A stretch of DNA of 62,848 bases, filler included, from Nemertoderma westbladi (lineage: Eukaryota; Animalia; Xenacoelomorpha), in assembly GCA_032718475.1 (NCBI GenBank). It is 3 parts of 3 records of this genome, joined end to end, with 100 filler letters (N's around TTAATTAATTAA, not from the genome) between each part and the next. Parts side by side here need not be neighbours in the genome. Positions count along the whole stretch, not along the records: positions 26,170 to 50,843 come from JAUCBJ010007010.1; positions 50,944 to 62,848 come from JAUCBJ010002041.1; 1 more part is not named here. The stretch is one strand, 5' to 3'. Under the pieces are notes generated by a model, which had not been told where the DNA came from, searched no databases, and saw nothing but the letters and a program-made list of their open reading frames with translations. Position 1 is the first letter of the stretch, and each line of letters starts with the position of its first letter. Shown piece after piece: positions 49,430-62,195 of the stretch. The translations under genes and the position numbers were made by a program.

Positions 49430-50843
49430 TTTATAACTTTTATGAATTTATCTCAACTTGTCACCACTTACAATATCTATGAAATCGCATGAAACTACAT
49501 TTAAAATAATAATTTAAAATAACTAACAAACTTACATTAACCCTTTGGTTACTGAATATTCCCAAATAACATATAGTAATACGCTGAAAGTTTTTACAAA
49601 TTAGAGCTGCCTTTGTCTGTTTGTCAGTTTGTCTGTTAAAAACTAAGTAAGCGTATCGTCGGCCAGTATTGGTTGACAGAAGGAGATACGCAATGCGTAT
49701 CCCATTGCGCCTCATAATAGCCTCTCGTCAACAAGTCAACCCCACCGACTAGCGGCACTGGCTGTTTCAGCTGACGGGGCTCTGTCGAAAAACGCGTCCC
49801 TGATGCAGTAAGGGCCCTCTTTTGAGGAGCAATATTATTATTGCCGCGGAACTGCTTCTACTCTAGGCCAGACCTAGCCAGAAGTAGAATCCTCACCAAC
49901 CATCAACACGAATAGATGAATCTGACACTTGCCCCAACACCCCCCCCCCCCCCCCCCCCGCCCCAATGACGCAGAGGCAGACCAACAACACACCTCTTCA
50001 CCTCTACCGATGTCGGAGAGTAAAATACCACGCATTATAGAATACAGGATAAGTTTGATCCAAGCAATGCAACGAAACCTGTAAGTTAGAAAATGCATGG
50101 TCCCAATATTTGCAAAATAATTACAAAGTCCTACATTTATTTTGCATGAGATACTAACAACCCGTCACTAACCACAACAAACGTACTGTATAGTACAGTA
50201 GCCTGTCGTATTCGCCCAAATACGGCAGTATAACTCTGGGTTCAGAGAACGTGTACATATTGACAGGCGGCAATCCCCTGATACAGTACCAAGCATGTGT
50301 TTGATATAAATATTAGATTTCTACTTCCATACAATTCTCATTGATTCCGCAGGTCAATGTTATAATTAAAACAGTCAATTTGATATATTCTTCCGATTCC
50401 ATAGGCGGCTTACACACCAACTCCCACCCTACAGCCCTATTTATCCCAATCCATCAATTTTTGTCACAGTGTGGTCTGAGGATACTACATTATACAAAAT
50501 GAGTTTTCCATCCTGATAACTCTGTTTAATTTGACAATGTTTATAATAATAACTTCACCTCGATCCATATACCATAAGCATCAAACAGTCTTGCAATGTA
50601 ATAAATCTGCCCAATAACTCATTGAACCGGAAGGACGCCCCGGGCTGACAACATAAATCAAAGCTAAAGTAAACATTATCTCTCCTTCATAGACTTATGT
50701 CTTCAATATACTACCCAGAGACAGTCAGTCCCAGGCTATACAAAATTAGTTACCTCGGAGCCAGCAGCTGCTACAGAGTATTACATAACACAAATCCATT
50801 TACTATATCATTGCCTTTCTTTCCATTTCTTTGTCACATTTTC

Positions 50844-50943
50844 NNNNNNNNNNNNNNNNNNNNNNNNNNNNNNNNNNNNNNNNNNNNTTAATTAATTAAN
50901 NNNNNNNNNNNNNNNNNNNNNNNNNNNNNNNNNNNNNNNNNNN
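50844..50943. other. Scaffold gap with TTAATTAATTAA linker
   Basis: Same layout as 26070-26169. Confidence 0.95.
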
Positions 50944-52062
50944 GAAAAATATCGAGAGTAAAAATATCGAGTGTTGAAAAATATCGAGAGTAAAAGTATC
51001 GAGTGTTGAAAAATATCGAGAGAAAAAATATTGAATTTTGCTTGAGCATTTTATTTAGAATTATGGAACAATATTGCATTGCATGGGTTACAACAGTGCA
51101 AGTGCAAGTGAATGGCATTATGTAATACACCTTGGGTACCCATTTACCAGATTTATTATACTAGCTAGTTTTTGCTATTTTTTTAATAAATAGTATAAAA
51201 GAAGTGCTAGCTATAAATTTTGATAAATGTTTTTGTTCTAGAACACATTTTTTAGTTCTAGATCACATTTTTAATTTTTTTAAATAGCTAGTCTTTTCTA
51301 CTTCTTTTTATAAATGTTTAGAACACGTGAAAGCTACCAAATGTTGAAAAATATTTTTGTTTTTACTAGCGATATTTTTACTCTCGATATTTTTCAACAC
51401 ACGATATTTTTACTCTCGATATTTTTCAACACTCGATATTTTTACTCTCGATATTTTTCAACGCTCGATATTTTTACTCTCGTTATTTTTCAACACTCGA
51501 TATTTTTACTCTCGATATTTTTCAACACTCGATATTTTTCCACACTCGATATTTTTCAACACTCGATATTTTTACTCTCGATATTTTTCAACACTCGATA
51601 TTTTTACTCTCGATATTTTTCAACACTCGATATTTTTCAACACTCGATATTTTTCAACACTCGATATTTTTACTCTCGATATTTTTCAACACTCGATATT
51701 TTTACTCTCGATATTTTTCAACACTCGATATTTTTCAACACTCGATATTTTTCCACACTCGATATTTTTCAACACTCGATATTTTTACTCTCGGTATTTT
51801 TCAACACTCGATATTTTTACTCTCGATATTTTTCAACACTCGATATTTTTCAACACTCGATATTTCTCAACACTCGATATTTTTACTCTCGATATTTTTC
51901 AACACTCGATATTTTTACTCTCGATATTTTTCAACACTCGATATTTTTACTCTCGATATTCTTCAACACTCGATATTTTTACTCTCGATATTTTTACTCT
52001 CGATATTTTTTGAACTCTCGATATTTTTACTCTCGATATTTTTCATGTCTCGATATATTTCA
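50944..52062. repeat. 16/17-bp minisatellite (TCGATATTTTTACTC / TCGATATTTTTCAACAC) at 51368-52062, with an inverted block at 50944-51030
   Basis: Direct reading of tandem units. Confidence 0.92.
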
Positions 52063-52184
52063 ATATAACCTTTGTAACACTGAAAACATTAACTACTGCT
52101 TTCGTTCAATCTTTTCTACTATCACTAAATTAGTGACTGAAAGTCTTTTTACTGTATCACTAAAAAATAGTGATAAAAAGTACG

Positions 52185-52250
52185 AAATTTAGCTCATTTG
52201 ACAGAGCGCAGGAGCTTTGGCTCTTATTTGACGGGTTCGAGACCAGGCCA
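52185..52250 (+). other. tRNA-derived (SINE-head-like) sequence with Pol III A and B boxes
   Basis: TAGCTCATTTGACAGAGC (A-box-like) and GGTTCGAGACC (B box); no convincing acceptor stem. Confidence 0.4.
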
Positions 52251-52603
52251 CAGCAGTAACTTTTTGTAAATCCAATTTGTGGAATTTTGGACCCTTGTAA
52301 CTGGCCCGAAGGGCCAATGGTATGCCTAATGTCCGAAAATCCACAAAATTGATTAAATTAGAGACTCATAACTTAGGGCTGTTATACAGTAGGCCTACAT
52401 GACAGTTTTAATTAGGTTTTCGGGCCAGCACTCTCAAAATCTGGGAGGGATTATGGGCATCTATGCGAAAATACCCTGGGCCGGGGGGGGGGGGGGGGGG
52501 GGGGGCGTTTTTCACCTAATATATAATTTGATAGGGGCCTATGGTTTTAAAACGTCTCGTCCTTGTCACTAATAACAATTAGCCGCAACTCAGATATACT
52601 GCC

Positions 52604-54810
52604 CACATTGGGGCTGAACCAACTTTTTATAAAAGAAAAATGCCCGGCCAAACTGATTTCATTTATTGGGGCACTTCAATTGGGGCCCTGATTCCAAAAA
52701 TTATATTTTCAAAATCTTTTGCCGGTGTCTTTTTCTTAAAATTACTAAGTAATACTATTTATACTGTAATAATGCTATATATATTATAAAAAATGCCCAG
52801 ACAAAATTATAGCATTTTTCGAGACTTTTAATAATCTGGTTCCGAATCTGTTAATTTTATAATATTTCGTCGGTGTCTTTTAGAGTAATGATATTCTAAA
52901 ATAATATTAAATATATTAATATTATATAGCAGAACTGCGTAATACTCAATTGTAGTGAATATCAACTTATCTTACTCCTATTACACTGATATTAGTATCA
53001 TTCGAACCTCAATGGTCGATTTAGTGGGTGTTGACATCATCAAAACAACGGTAGAGGTATTACTTCTCGAGATATCGGTCAAAATGTGAGTGCTGACTTA
53101 ACCTAAATTACACTAAGGTAAGCTAGTTAATGCAATATATCACCATATCACTAAAAATCAGACTTCGAGATAAATAACTACTACTACTAGGATCGGCATG
53201 CTGCATTGCAGCTGCATTTTTAAGAATGCTGTGCCGGCTTATCGACAAAATTGCTCCGCCACAACTCCCTATCACCCATGACATTTGCTACATCATCCGC
53301 ATCTTCAAGGCCAGTGTCCTTTAAGATGCGTCTCAAGAAAGTCATGGGCTGTCCACCATGCTTATACACTCCATGAGGCTGCCAAAGTACAAGATTATGC
53401 ACTGGCTGGTCCTCACGGCGAAAGCAATGTCCTGCAAAGCGGAGGCGATTTTGTTCTAGTGTCAAGCTTGGGATAACCAATGAGACACCTCCAATGTTAT
53501 ATAGTGTCTGGTTGGAGATGTGTGCATTGTACTTGACACAATGAACCCGGCGTAGCATTCTTGTGAATGTGCCATCCAGAGATTTTGTGTCCTCAGCAGT
53601 TAGAGCCCACCATGGACTCCCATAGAGGAGTACTGGAACTACTGCTGCTCTAAATAATCGGACCTTTAGTTTCCGATTAATTCTCGGTGACTTCCAAATC
53701 CTGGAGAGCCTATTTAAGCCTGCCCATGCCTTTCCCTTACGTATTCGAAGGTCCTCACCTGACTTCCGGATCCATGATCCCAGGTAACAGAAGTCGTCCA
53801 CATGCTCAAGCATACCATCTTTTGAGCTTATGCTCATCCGACCAGAGCCTTGCTGAGGACTTTCAAAGTTAACTGTCAAAATTTTAGTCTTTCTGGAGTT
53901 AATAAAAAGACCAACACTAGAAGCAGCATGTTCTAATGAGCTGAGGAGCCGTTGGGCTCCCTCTAGTGATTCTGAGAGTACTCCTAAGTCATCAGCAAAG
54001 TCTAGATCAGTTAGGTACTTGGCAGGATTTCCTCGACTTCTGGAGCCAGTAGGTGGAGTTATCATCACCCCATCATCATAAATAATATAATTAGAGATAA
54101 ATAACAGACTTAGGGAATATGCTTATTTGAACCGCAATGGTCGAATTAGTAGTTGTAGACTCCATCAAAACAATAGTTAGTATAAAAAAATTGATATTTT
54201 TATTGATATGGTGATATATTGATATTAAATTGCTGTTACTGTATATTAAAGTAAAAATTAAATTGCTGTAAATATTAATATTGAAGTTATGTGCTCATTT
54301 ATGTGAGTCAGCGCTCACATTTTGACCGATATCTCGAGAAGCAATAACTCGACCATTGTTTTGATGGTGTCTACCCCCACTAAATTGACCATTGTGGTTC
54401 GAATGATACTAATATCAATGCATTAGCAGTATGGTAAGTTGACTTCACTACAATTGAATATATTAGCCAGTTTGCTACTGTAATATAATATAAATATTAT
54501 TTAATATTTAATTTATTTAATTACTCTAAAAGACACCGACGAAATATAACAAATAAATTTGACAGATTCGAAATCAGGTTGATTGAAATTCTCGATAAAT
54601 GCTATGATTTGGAATCTCTGCATTTTTATAATATATATAGCATTATTATAAATAGTATTACTAATTTATTTAGTAATTTTAAGAAAAAGACACCAGCAAA
54701 ACATTTTAAAAATGTCAGCGTCGGAACCAGGGTGTTGAAGTATACCAAAAAATGAAATCAGTTAGTTTGGGCATTTTTATTTTATAAAACGTTGGTTTAG
54801 CCCCACCGTG
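52604..54810. mobile_element. Palindromic Transib-like MITE carrying a nested RTE
   Basis: Ends CACATTGGGGCT / AGCCCCACCGTG; flanking TGCCC (left copy overlaps the terminal C by one base); 52610-53150 inversely matches 54200-54804. Confidence 0.7.
53179..54093 (-). mobile_element. 5'-truncated RTE LINE (ORF 53220-54068) with 12-bp TSD GAGATAAATAAC
   Basis: Near-identical to 22074-22968; (TAG)n tail; TSD at 53167-53178 and 54094-54105. Confidence 0.92.
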
Positions 54811-55130
54811 TGCCCTCGTGTATTGAATTTTGCACTCAATGAAATTTTAGAACTGGCTTTGCTCGTGATAAAAGCCTACAAAACTGCAAAACTCTGACAG
54901 AATAATTTAATTTTGGTGAATTAAAATTAATTACAAGAAGTGCTTCTTTCAGATACTTAACTTCTTATCGAAGAACATTATTACTTTTGACATCTGATTG
55001 CAAACAATAATTACAGTATAATATATCTACAGTATATACTGTAATTTCATAAATGTATTTATGAATGAATTTCTACTGTAATCATGGTGCATAATTATTC
55101 AATTCAGACTAACTTTATTATTCCATTAAT

Positions 55131-56305
55131 TTAAGGCCCCCCCCCCCCCCTTAAATTAATGGAATAATAAAGTTAGTGACTTTTTTTTTTGACTTTTCTG
55201 ACTTTTTTTTAATGTGTTATCCGGTGTAAAATTTTATGGTGATTCCGAATTTGAAATCTGTTTTTCGGTAAGTTGTTTTGTTTTTCTCGAGTTATGGAAA
55301 CTTTTGTAATTTTCACCCAAAATTTGAAAATTTTTAATTCTGGTGCAGCACCACATTTGACACCAAAAAAGACCATCAAACACCCAGAAATGTCGACATA
55401 TTTTGCCATTTTCGGAATCAGCGCCGAAAATTAACGTACAGGTATCAAAACCGCAAATGAAGATCATTTTTGAAAAATTTTAAAAAATTTTCACTTTTGG
55501 TGCATGTTTGGTTAGGTGTAGGCCTACTGTAATCAGGAGGAAATTTAAAACACGTTTTTCTCGGTTTATCTTATTTTTTCCTACTAGTTCTGTAATTTTT
55601 AACCGATTGTAATTCTGTTTGCGTATTTTCGAAGCTCCTGGTCAACAAACGATACTACCAGATTTTTTTTTTAATTATATCAAAAGTTACAGCATTTATA
55701 ATATCAAAATAATGCTAAAAATTCTAGTATTTTCAAAATTCGGGAATTGTTAGCATATTTTGATATTATAAATGCTGTAACTTTTTATATAATTAAAAAA
55801 AAATCTGGTGGTATAGTTTGTTGGCGACACCAGGAGCTTCGAAAAAACGCAAACAGAATTAAAATCGGTTAAACATTACAGAACTACTGTACTGTAGTTG
55901 TAGGGAATTATGGGAAAAAATATCGATATATAGATAAACCGAGAAAAACGTGTTTTAAATTTCCTCCTGATTACAGTAGGCCTGCACCTGACCAAACATG
56001 CACCGAAAGTGAACATTTTTTACAATTTTTAAAAAATGATCCTCTTTTGCGGTTTTGATACCTATAGGCTAATTTTCGGCGCTGATTCCGAAAATGGCAA
56101 AATATTTCGACATTTCTGGGTGTTTAATGGTCTTTTTTGGTGTCAAATATGGTGCTGCACCAAATTTTGGATGAAAATTTCAAAAATTGCCATAACACGA
56201 CCAACAAAGCAAGTTATCGAAAAACTGATTTCAGATTTGGATCACCACAAAAATTTACATCGGAAAACACATAAAAATAAATCTGATGAAAAAAAAGACA
56301 AGGGG

Positions 56306-56336
<31 letters not shown>

Positions 56337-56340
56337 TTAA
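55131..56340. mobile_element. Palindromic MITE with TTAA|GG...CC|TTAA ends (Kolobok-like), left end rearranged
   Basis: ~55210-55735 is the reverse complement of ~55745-56275; TTAA at 55131 and 56337. Confidence 0.6.
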
Positions 56341-57136
56341 ATACTGTAATTTGCTGTAGCTGTGTAGTTTTTAATTATTATTGTTACTACTGTAGACATG
56401 CATGTAGTGTATAATTATTAATTAATATGGTGTTTCTATCGAAGGCAAAAGCTGTTTCCCAGTGGTTAAAACTGGTAAGTTGCGGTTAGTAGTTCCATTC
56501 AACGCAATCCGTGTTCAGCCGAGCAAATTCAGTGATTGTGAACAAATTACTGTACCGAACTGCTGTACATGAAATACTACAGTACATCATAAAGGGGTCT
56601 TTCAAGTTTAGTAATCCCCCACATACTGTATTTATTCTATATTTGCTGATTCCATCTCCATTCGATCTACTCTACATACAATGATTCCTGCCCCAAATTC
56701 TTTTTTATATGCAGCTCGAAGGTCAGGTAAACATTTTATTATTATCATTACTTACAGTATGTACTGTACATCATTATGTGTGGCGAGCCACGAAAGTAAG
56801 CGAGCGCAGCATACGGGTACCACTAACTGAAGCGGTATACAGTTAATTAATTAATGATTAATTAATTAATGTTGGTTAGGGTAAAAAAAGCAGTTTCAAC
56901 ATGACTTTTAATGGAAATTTATTATTTTATAGTATAAGATATACATAATTAGAAATTATACAGCTGTAATCCCCATACCCCCTTCCATTGTAGTTTTTAA
57001 TTAGTTCAAGTGATTTGCTTTAAGAATTGTGTTTTAATTGATCTAAACGTAATTAAGTTATAAAAATGCCCCGTCACTCTATACTTTCAGCTCCCTCATT
57101 GCTTGACATGCTTGCTATTTCCTATGATTCCCCGTA

Positions 57137-58335
57137 CTTATAGTTCCAATTTAAGCCTAATGCGAATTTAGTTCCAATGGAAACGAATTTAGTTCCAATT
57201 TTGGCGAATTTAGTTACAATTTAGGCGAACTTAGTTCTAATAACTAGAGAAAAACTAAAACGAATTTTGTTCCAATACATGCGAACTTAGTTCCAATGGA
57301 TGTGAACTTAGTTCCAATGCAAGCGAATTTAGTTCGAATGGGAGCAAATTTAGTTTCAATGTTTCAGGTGTGGGGCGAGCCACGTAGTTGGCGAAGAATC
57401 TGTTTAATGACACTATTAGGTGAATGGGTAAATAATAATTGTAAATAACTATCCCAAACAACTCCCAAACTGCTAACCAAAACAACGCCCATCCACCTAA
57501 CCCAAACAACGCCCATCCACCTAACCCAAACAACGCTCAAGCTCTTAACCCAAACAACGCCCGTCCACCTAACCCAAACAACGCTCAAGCTCTTAACCCA
57601 AACAACGCCCATCCATCCACCTAACCCAAACAACGCCCAAGCTCTTAACCCAAACTACGCCCAACCTCCTAACCCAAACAACGCCCGTCCACCTAACCCA
57701 AACAACGCCCATCCACCTAACCCAAACAACGCTCAAGCTCTTAAGCCAAACTACGCCCAACCTCCTAACCCAAACAACGCCCGTCCACCTATCCCAAACA
57801 ACTGCTATTGTATTTGGTGTGAAAATGGCACAATGTGCATGACTTGAGTATATAATACTACAGACTCAGACAGTCCAGTCAGTATCAGTATACTCGTGAT
57901 TAATATATATTTCAAAATGCAGAAATGTGTAATTATTCCTTTAATTCATTAATAATAATTTTTTTTTAAAAAATGACAGATGGGTTTTACAATTATTTAC
58001 AATTATTGTTGACCTTGACCCAAATAGTGGCAATACGCAATAGGTTTCGCCTAATACGCGGCTCGCCCAACGATTGAAACATTGGAACTAAGTTCGTATC
58101 CATTGGAACTAAATTCGCTTATTGGAACTAAGTTCGCTTCCATTGGAATTATATTCGCATGCATTGGAACTAAATTCGCATCCATTGGAACTAAGTTTGT
58201 TTTAATATTCTGGGATTGGAACTAAGTTCGCCTCGATTGGAACTAAGTTCGCTTTATAAAATTTATTTTGGAACTAAATTCGTTTCAATGGGAACTTAGT
58301 TCGCCTTTGAAAATGTGCGATTGGAACTAAGTTCG
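57137..58335. repeat. Inverted arrays of a ~21-bp unit (GAATTTAGTTCCAAT / ATTGGAACTAAGTTCG) around a ~22-bp tandem array (CCTAACCCAAACAACGCCC, 57450-57800); MITE-like
   Basis: Direct reading; inner inverted pair GGGCGAGCCACGTA / TACGCGGCTCGCCC. Confidence 0.7.
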
Positions 58336-59714
58336 TGCTACCTTGCTTGTAGTTGGGAACCAGTCCAATCATCTCACCACTACTACTTGGCAACGGGTAA
58401 TTATCTATAGCCTGAGTATTTAATCGTGATTCTTTAGAATAATTAGCTAAATTATTTCGTTGAGGTGTTGACATCATGGCACTAGTATAGTATCTATGCC
58501 CAAATTTAAAAAACAAATTGATTAATTATATTAGTGATTATCGGTTTTTATCATGAGGTTTTTTGTTCTAGAACAAATATTTGACCCTCTGACTGTAAGA
58601 TGGTAGGTAGTAATTTTGATTTTGTGTTAGCTAGTGCTTTTTTCCAAATTTTATTTAATTTAATTTAAAAATATGACCAACTTTTTCTTGTGAAAATGTC
58701 TTTTATTATGACGTGTTTTGTTCTAGAACAAATATTTGGCCATCTGACAAAAAGAAGGTAGCTAGTAATTTTGATTTTGTGTTTAGCTAGTACTTTTTAT
58801 TAGCTAATGAAAAAAATTATAATTGTAATTTAATCTTCAAATATGTTTTTCAATAAGAATAAGAAATAAATAAGCATTACAATAAGAGGTAAATTATTAC
58901 TTAAGTAATTTGAAATGTATTTTACATATGTAACCATAGCAACCAAAATAAATAATTCTAGAATAAAATTGATAATACAAAGCCAAACAACATGTCAAAA
59001 ATATGTTAATGTAAAAATAAAAAAATAAAAACAAATCCAAAATTTGGGCATAAGTACTATACTAATGCCTGACATGATAAATTAATATTTCAGTATATCT
59101 ATACTATCGGCATTAGGTAAGTTTAATATTTTTTACAAATTGTGTCACATCTATGCCCAAAATTAGAAATTTTATTTCCCAAATACAACACACACACACA
59201 AATCTTCCGTGCGCCTTTGTGTTGGGGTGGTGAGATTAAGAGGGGGTTGAAGGGGGGACTTTCCTCTTTTATTTGATTTATCCTTATTATTGGCGGTTTG
59301 GTTAAATTTCTTAAATACCGATTTTGGGATATTGCCCAATTTTAATCTGTAGCTGATAACTGAGCCTCGTGCTGCGCGAAGCCCCTTCGAACGTGTATAT
59401 CCATATGTACAACAGTAGGGGTCTACTTTTGTAGAATTCGACAAAATATTCCTTCATGCCAGATCCTACAAAAAACCCACGAAAATTTCGTCAACATTTG
59501 TTCTCCAGGCAATCCAATATGAGAATTCGTTGCCCAAGCAACTAAAACTGTAAATCTGTTGTTCAGCAATCCAACCTACCTGCCTTGCCACCCCTTCTCA
59601 GCAACAGCAACCATCTGTTGGCCAGGCATCCCGAAGCTGTACTCCATTATATGGTTGATAAAATGACAAGTGCTTTACAGGAACTACATGAACAGGAAGT
59701 ACGCGACATCCTTT

Positions 59715-60125
59715 AGTTTTAGAACTTAGACTTGTCTTAGTTGTAGTTTTGGAGTTCAGACTTGCCTTTCCTGTGAGTTCTAGAACTTAGACTTGCCTTT
59801 CTTGTAGTTTTAGTCCTTTGCCTTGCTTTTTCTGTCAGTTCTAGAACTACGCTTACCTTTATTGTATTTCTAGAGCTTAGTTAGACCTTGCTTTCTTGTC
59901 AGCTCTAGAACTAAATTCCTTTGATGTAATTCTAGAACTCAGACTTATCTTTCCTGTCAGTTCTAGAACTAGTCTTGCCTTTCCACACAGTTATAAACTT
60001 AGACTTGCCTTTCTAGTCAGTTCTAGAACTGGAGTTGACTTTAGTAGAGTTCTAGAGCTTATACCTTGGCTTTCCTTCCATGTAGTTCTAGAACTTTCAC
60101 TTGCCTTTCTTGTAGTCTTACTCTT
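59715..60125. repeat. Degenerate ~31-bp tandem repeat (GTTCTAGAACTTAGACTTGCCTTTC...)
   Basis: Recurring GTTCTAGAAC palindrome at regular spacing. Confidence 0.75.
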
Positions 60126-60299
60126 ACCTTTCCTTATATTTCCATATCGCTTGCTTTGAAGACTTCAGTAATAATAATTTATCTTAGTTTCATTTTTATT
60201 ATATTTTTCAGGTATTTTATGTCCCATTTGTATTTTACGTTGTATCGTTTATTGCAATGTAAATTTGTGTTTGTATAGATGATGTTTAGACATTAAACA

Positions 60300-60400
60300 G
60301 TTCCTACCTGTTCTGTATGGCGTTCCTACCTGTTCTGTATGGCGTTCCTACCTGTTCTGTATGGCGTTCCTACCTGTTCTGTATGGCGTTCCTACCTGTT
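60300..60400. repeat. 22-bp perfect tandem repeat (GTTCCTACCTGTTCTGTATGGC, about 4.5 copies)
   Basis: Direct reading. Confidence 0.9.
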
Positions 60401-61319
60401 GATTTCTTATTATTTATTTGTTATAGCGCAGCTAATTAACTGATTTAATTAATTTCTTATTTTTAATCATTTTACTTTTACTCCAAATTTATTCACATAG
60501 TTTACAATTATTATAAATTTCATAACCATTATTTAAAAATATTCAGATAGATAAATTATAGGATGCTTATAGGATTACCCCTAAAGCTTTACAGCTTATA
60601 TCCAAGGGAATCCTCCTTAAATTATTGTCAAACAAGAAATAAAATCTTTACAGCTGGGTATTATTTACTTACAGGATAAACAGACAAATTGAAAACAACT
60701 GGAGACCCAATAATGCTGGAGTTCTAAATATGTGGCCTACTCACTGGGATGGTTCCAGCTGTTATTTTATATGTTTTATTCTTTTAAAGTATCTGCTTAT
60801 CCACTATTTGGAGCCCATTTGTAGTTCTGATTGCATTTAACGTTTGGTCTGTAATGGTTGTAAATTTGTCGGTTCTTGACGGTTCATTCGGTTTTTATGC
60901 TTGCATGTTTGATTTTTGTATGGTTTTTTTTACGGCGCGTTCTATATTACATCTATACGTTCTACTGTGTATGGCTCTGTATATTATTCAACTCCTTTTG
61001 ATAAATTAAATTGTCAATGTTCAAAAATATAAACAAATATTTCAGATTTAACACTAAAAGTGGAAGAATTTTCAATAAAACTGTAAATCCCGATGAATGA
61101 ATATCCTTTATTAAGATTCTTAAAATTTTATTGATTATTATTGAACCTTTTGAAAATATTCATTGCATAATAATAATGTCGATGTATAATAGGCCCTAGG
61201 ATAAATCATATGTAGGTGAGTAGGTGTTTAATAATAAACCCTAGAAGATGACACTCAACAATCACCCTTAAACCCGGTCCTAATAATTTAGGTTTCGTCA
61301 GAATATTTGTTTTATTTAG

Positions 61320-61490
61320 AAATCCCAAGATAAATTAATTGACGTTAATAAGGCGTCATCGAGTGATCAAGTCGATAAGGCGCTCAAAGATCGCGATAGT
61401 ATTGGCGTTCCAGACTTTACTTTACTTGAGATAGACGAGGGGGAATTTATCGGCAATCTACGTCATCGTTACATGAAGGGATTGATATAC
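61320..61490 (+). CDS. Exon encoding the N-terminus of a class I myosin motor (MYO1C/H-like)
   Basis: Translates KSQDKLIDVNKASSSDQVDKALKDRDSIGVPDFTLLEIDEGEFIGNLRHRYMKGLIY, resembling MYO1C ALTARDRVGVQDFVLLE...FIENLRRRF..NLIY; flanked by TTTAG acceptor and GTGAGT donor; 171 nt. Confidence 0.8.
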
Positions 61491-62195
61491 GTGAGTTACT
61501 GATAGTTCAGATTTATTAAATACTAGCTAATCTGTGGAATTTATAATTTGGAGTGTCATGCCCATTTTGTAGCACTAAAAATGACAGTTAAATTATATTA
61601 CGCTAATTTTTCCTCCGTTCGCGTTCCTCCAAGAATACCTTCCCAAAAATAGTTATATATTTTGAGATTATTTCTATTCCATTCAGCGACCCTGAAAACA
61701 CATTTTATATTCTATCTAAAAAATCCTATGAAACCTTTTGGGAGATGCAAATTTCGCAATTCAATGAGTCGAGAGTAAAAACCACCTTTATCCAGTTGAA
61801 TACCTAATGAATCCCTGGCGAAGATAATAGCACTCGGTTTTAGAATGCCTTATTTATATCGAACGTTAAATTACTATCAGGGATCTACTGTAGAAGGTTT
61901 TTAAAAATAATGATTGAAGTGTCCTGATACCGTTGTACTAATGTAAAAAACTTTCAGTTTCTGGCATTTCATAAGTATTAATACAACTATAACTGTGCCG
62001 GCCGTACTTCCAGAGTGCTAATGGATGCGAATTGGGATCGTTAATTTAATGTAAATGAAGCTTTTGTATGAAAATGACTGTTTTTGAAATTTGTCAGCTT
62101 TATTTAGTTCAGGGGTGATATGCACCAATTTAGTTGCATACCACCCCAGGTTTTGAATTGTTCTATGCTCTAAAATATTAGTTGTGGTAGTACAG

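Noticed and set aside
51314-52192. Long ORFs of 292 and 218 aa
   Set aside because: Translations of a stop-free minisatellite.
52185-52250. Functional tRNA gene
   Set aside because: A/B boxes are present, but no convincing acceptor or anticodon stems; kept only as a tRNA-derived sequence.
57450-57800. Telomeric repeat (CCTAAC-containing)
   Set aside because: Unit is ~22 bp rather than tandem TTAGGG/TTAGG, and it is embedded in an inverted-repeat element.
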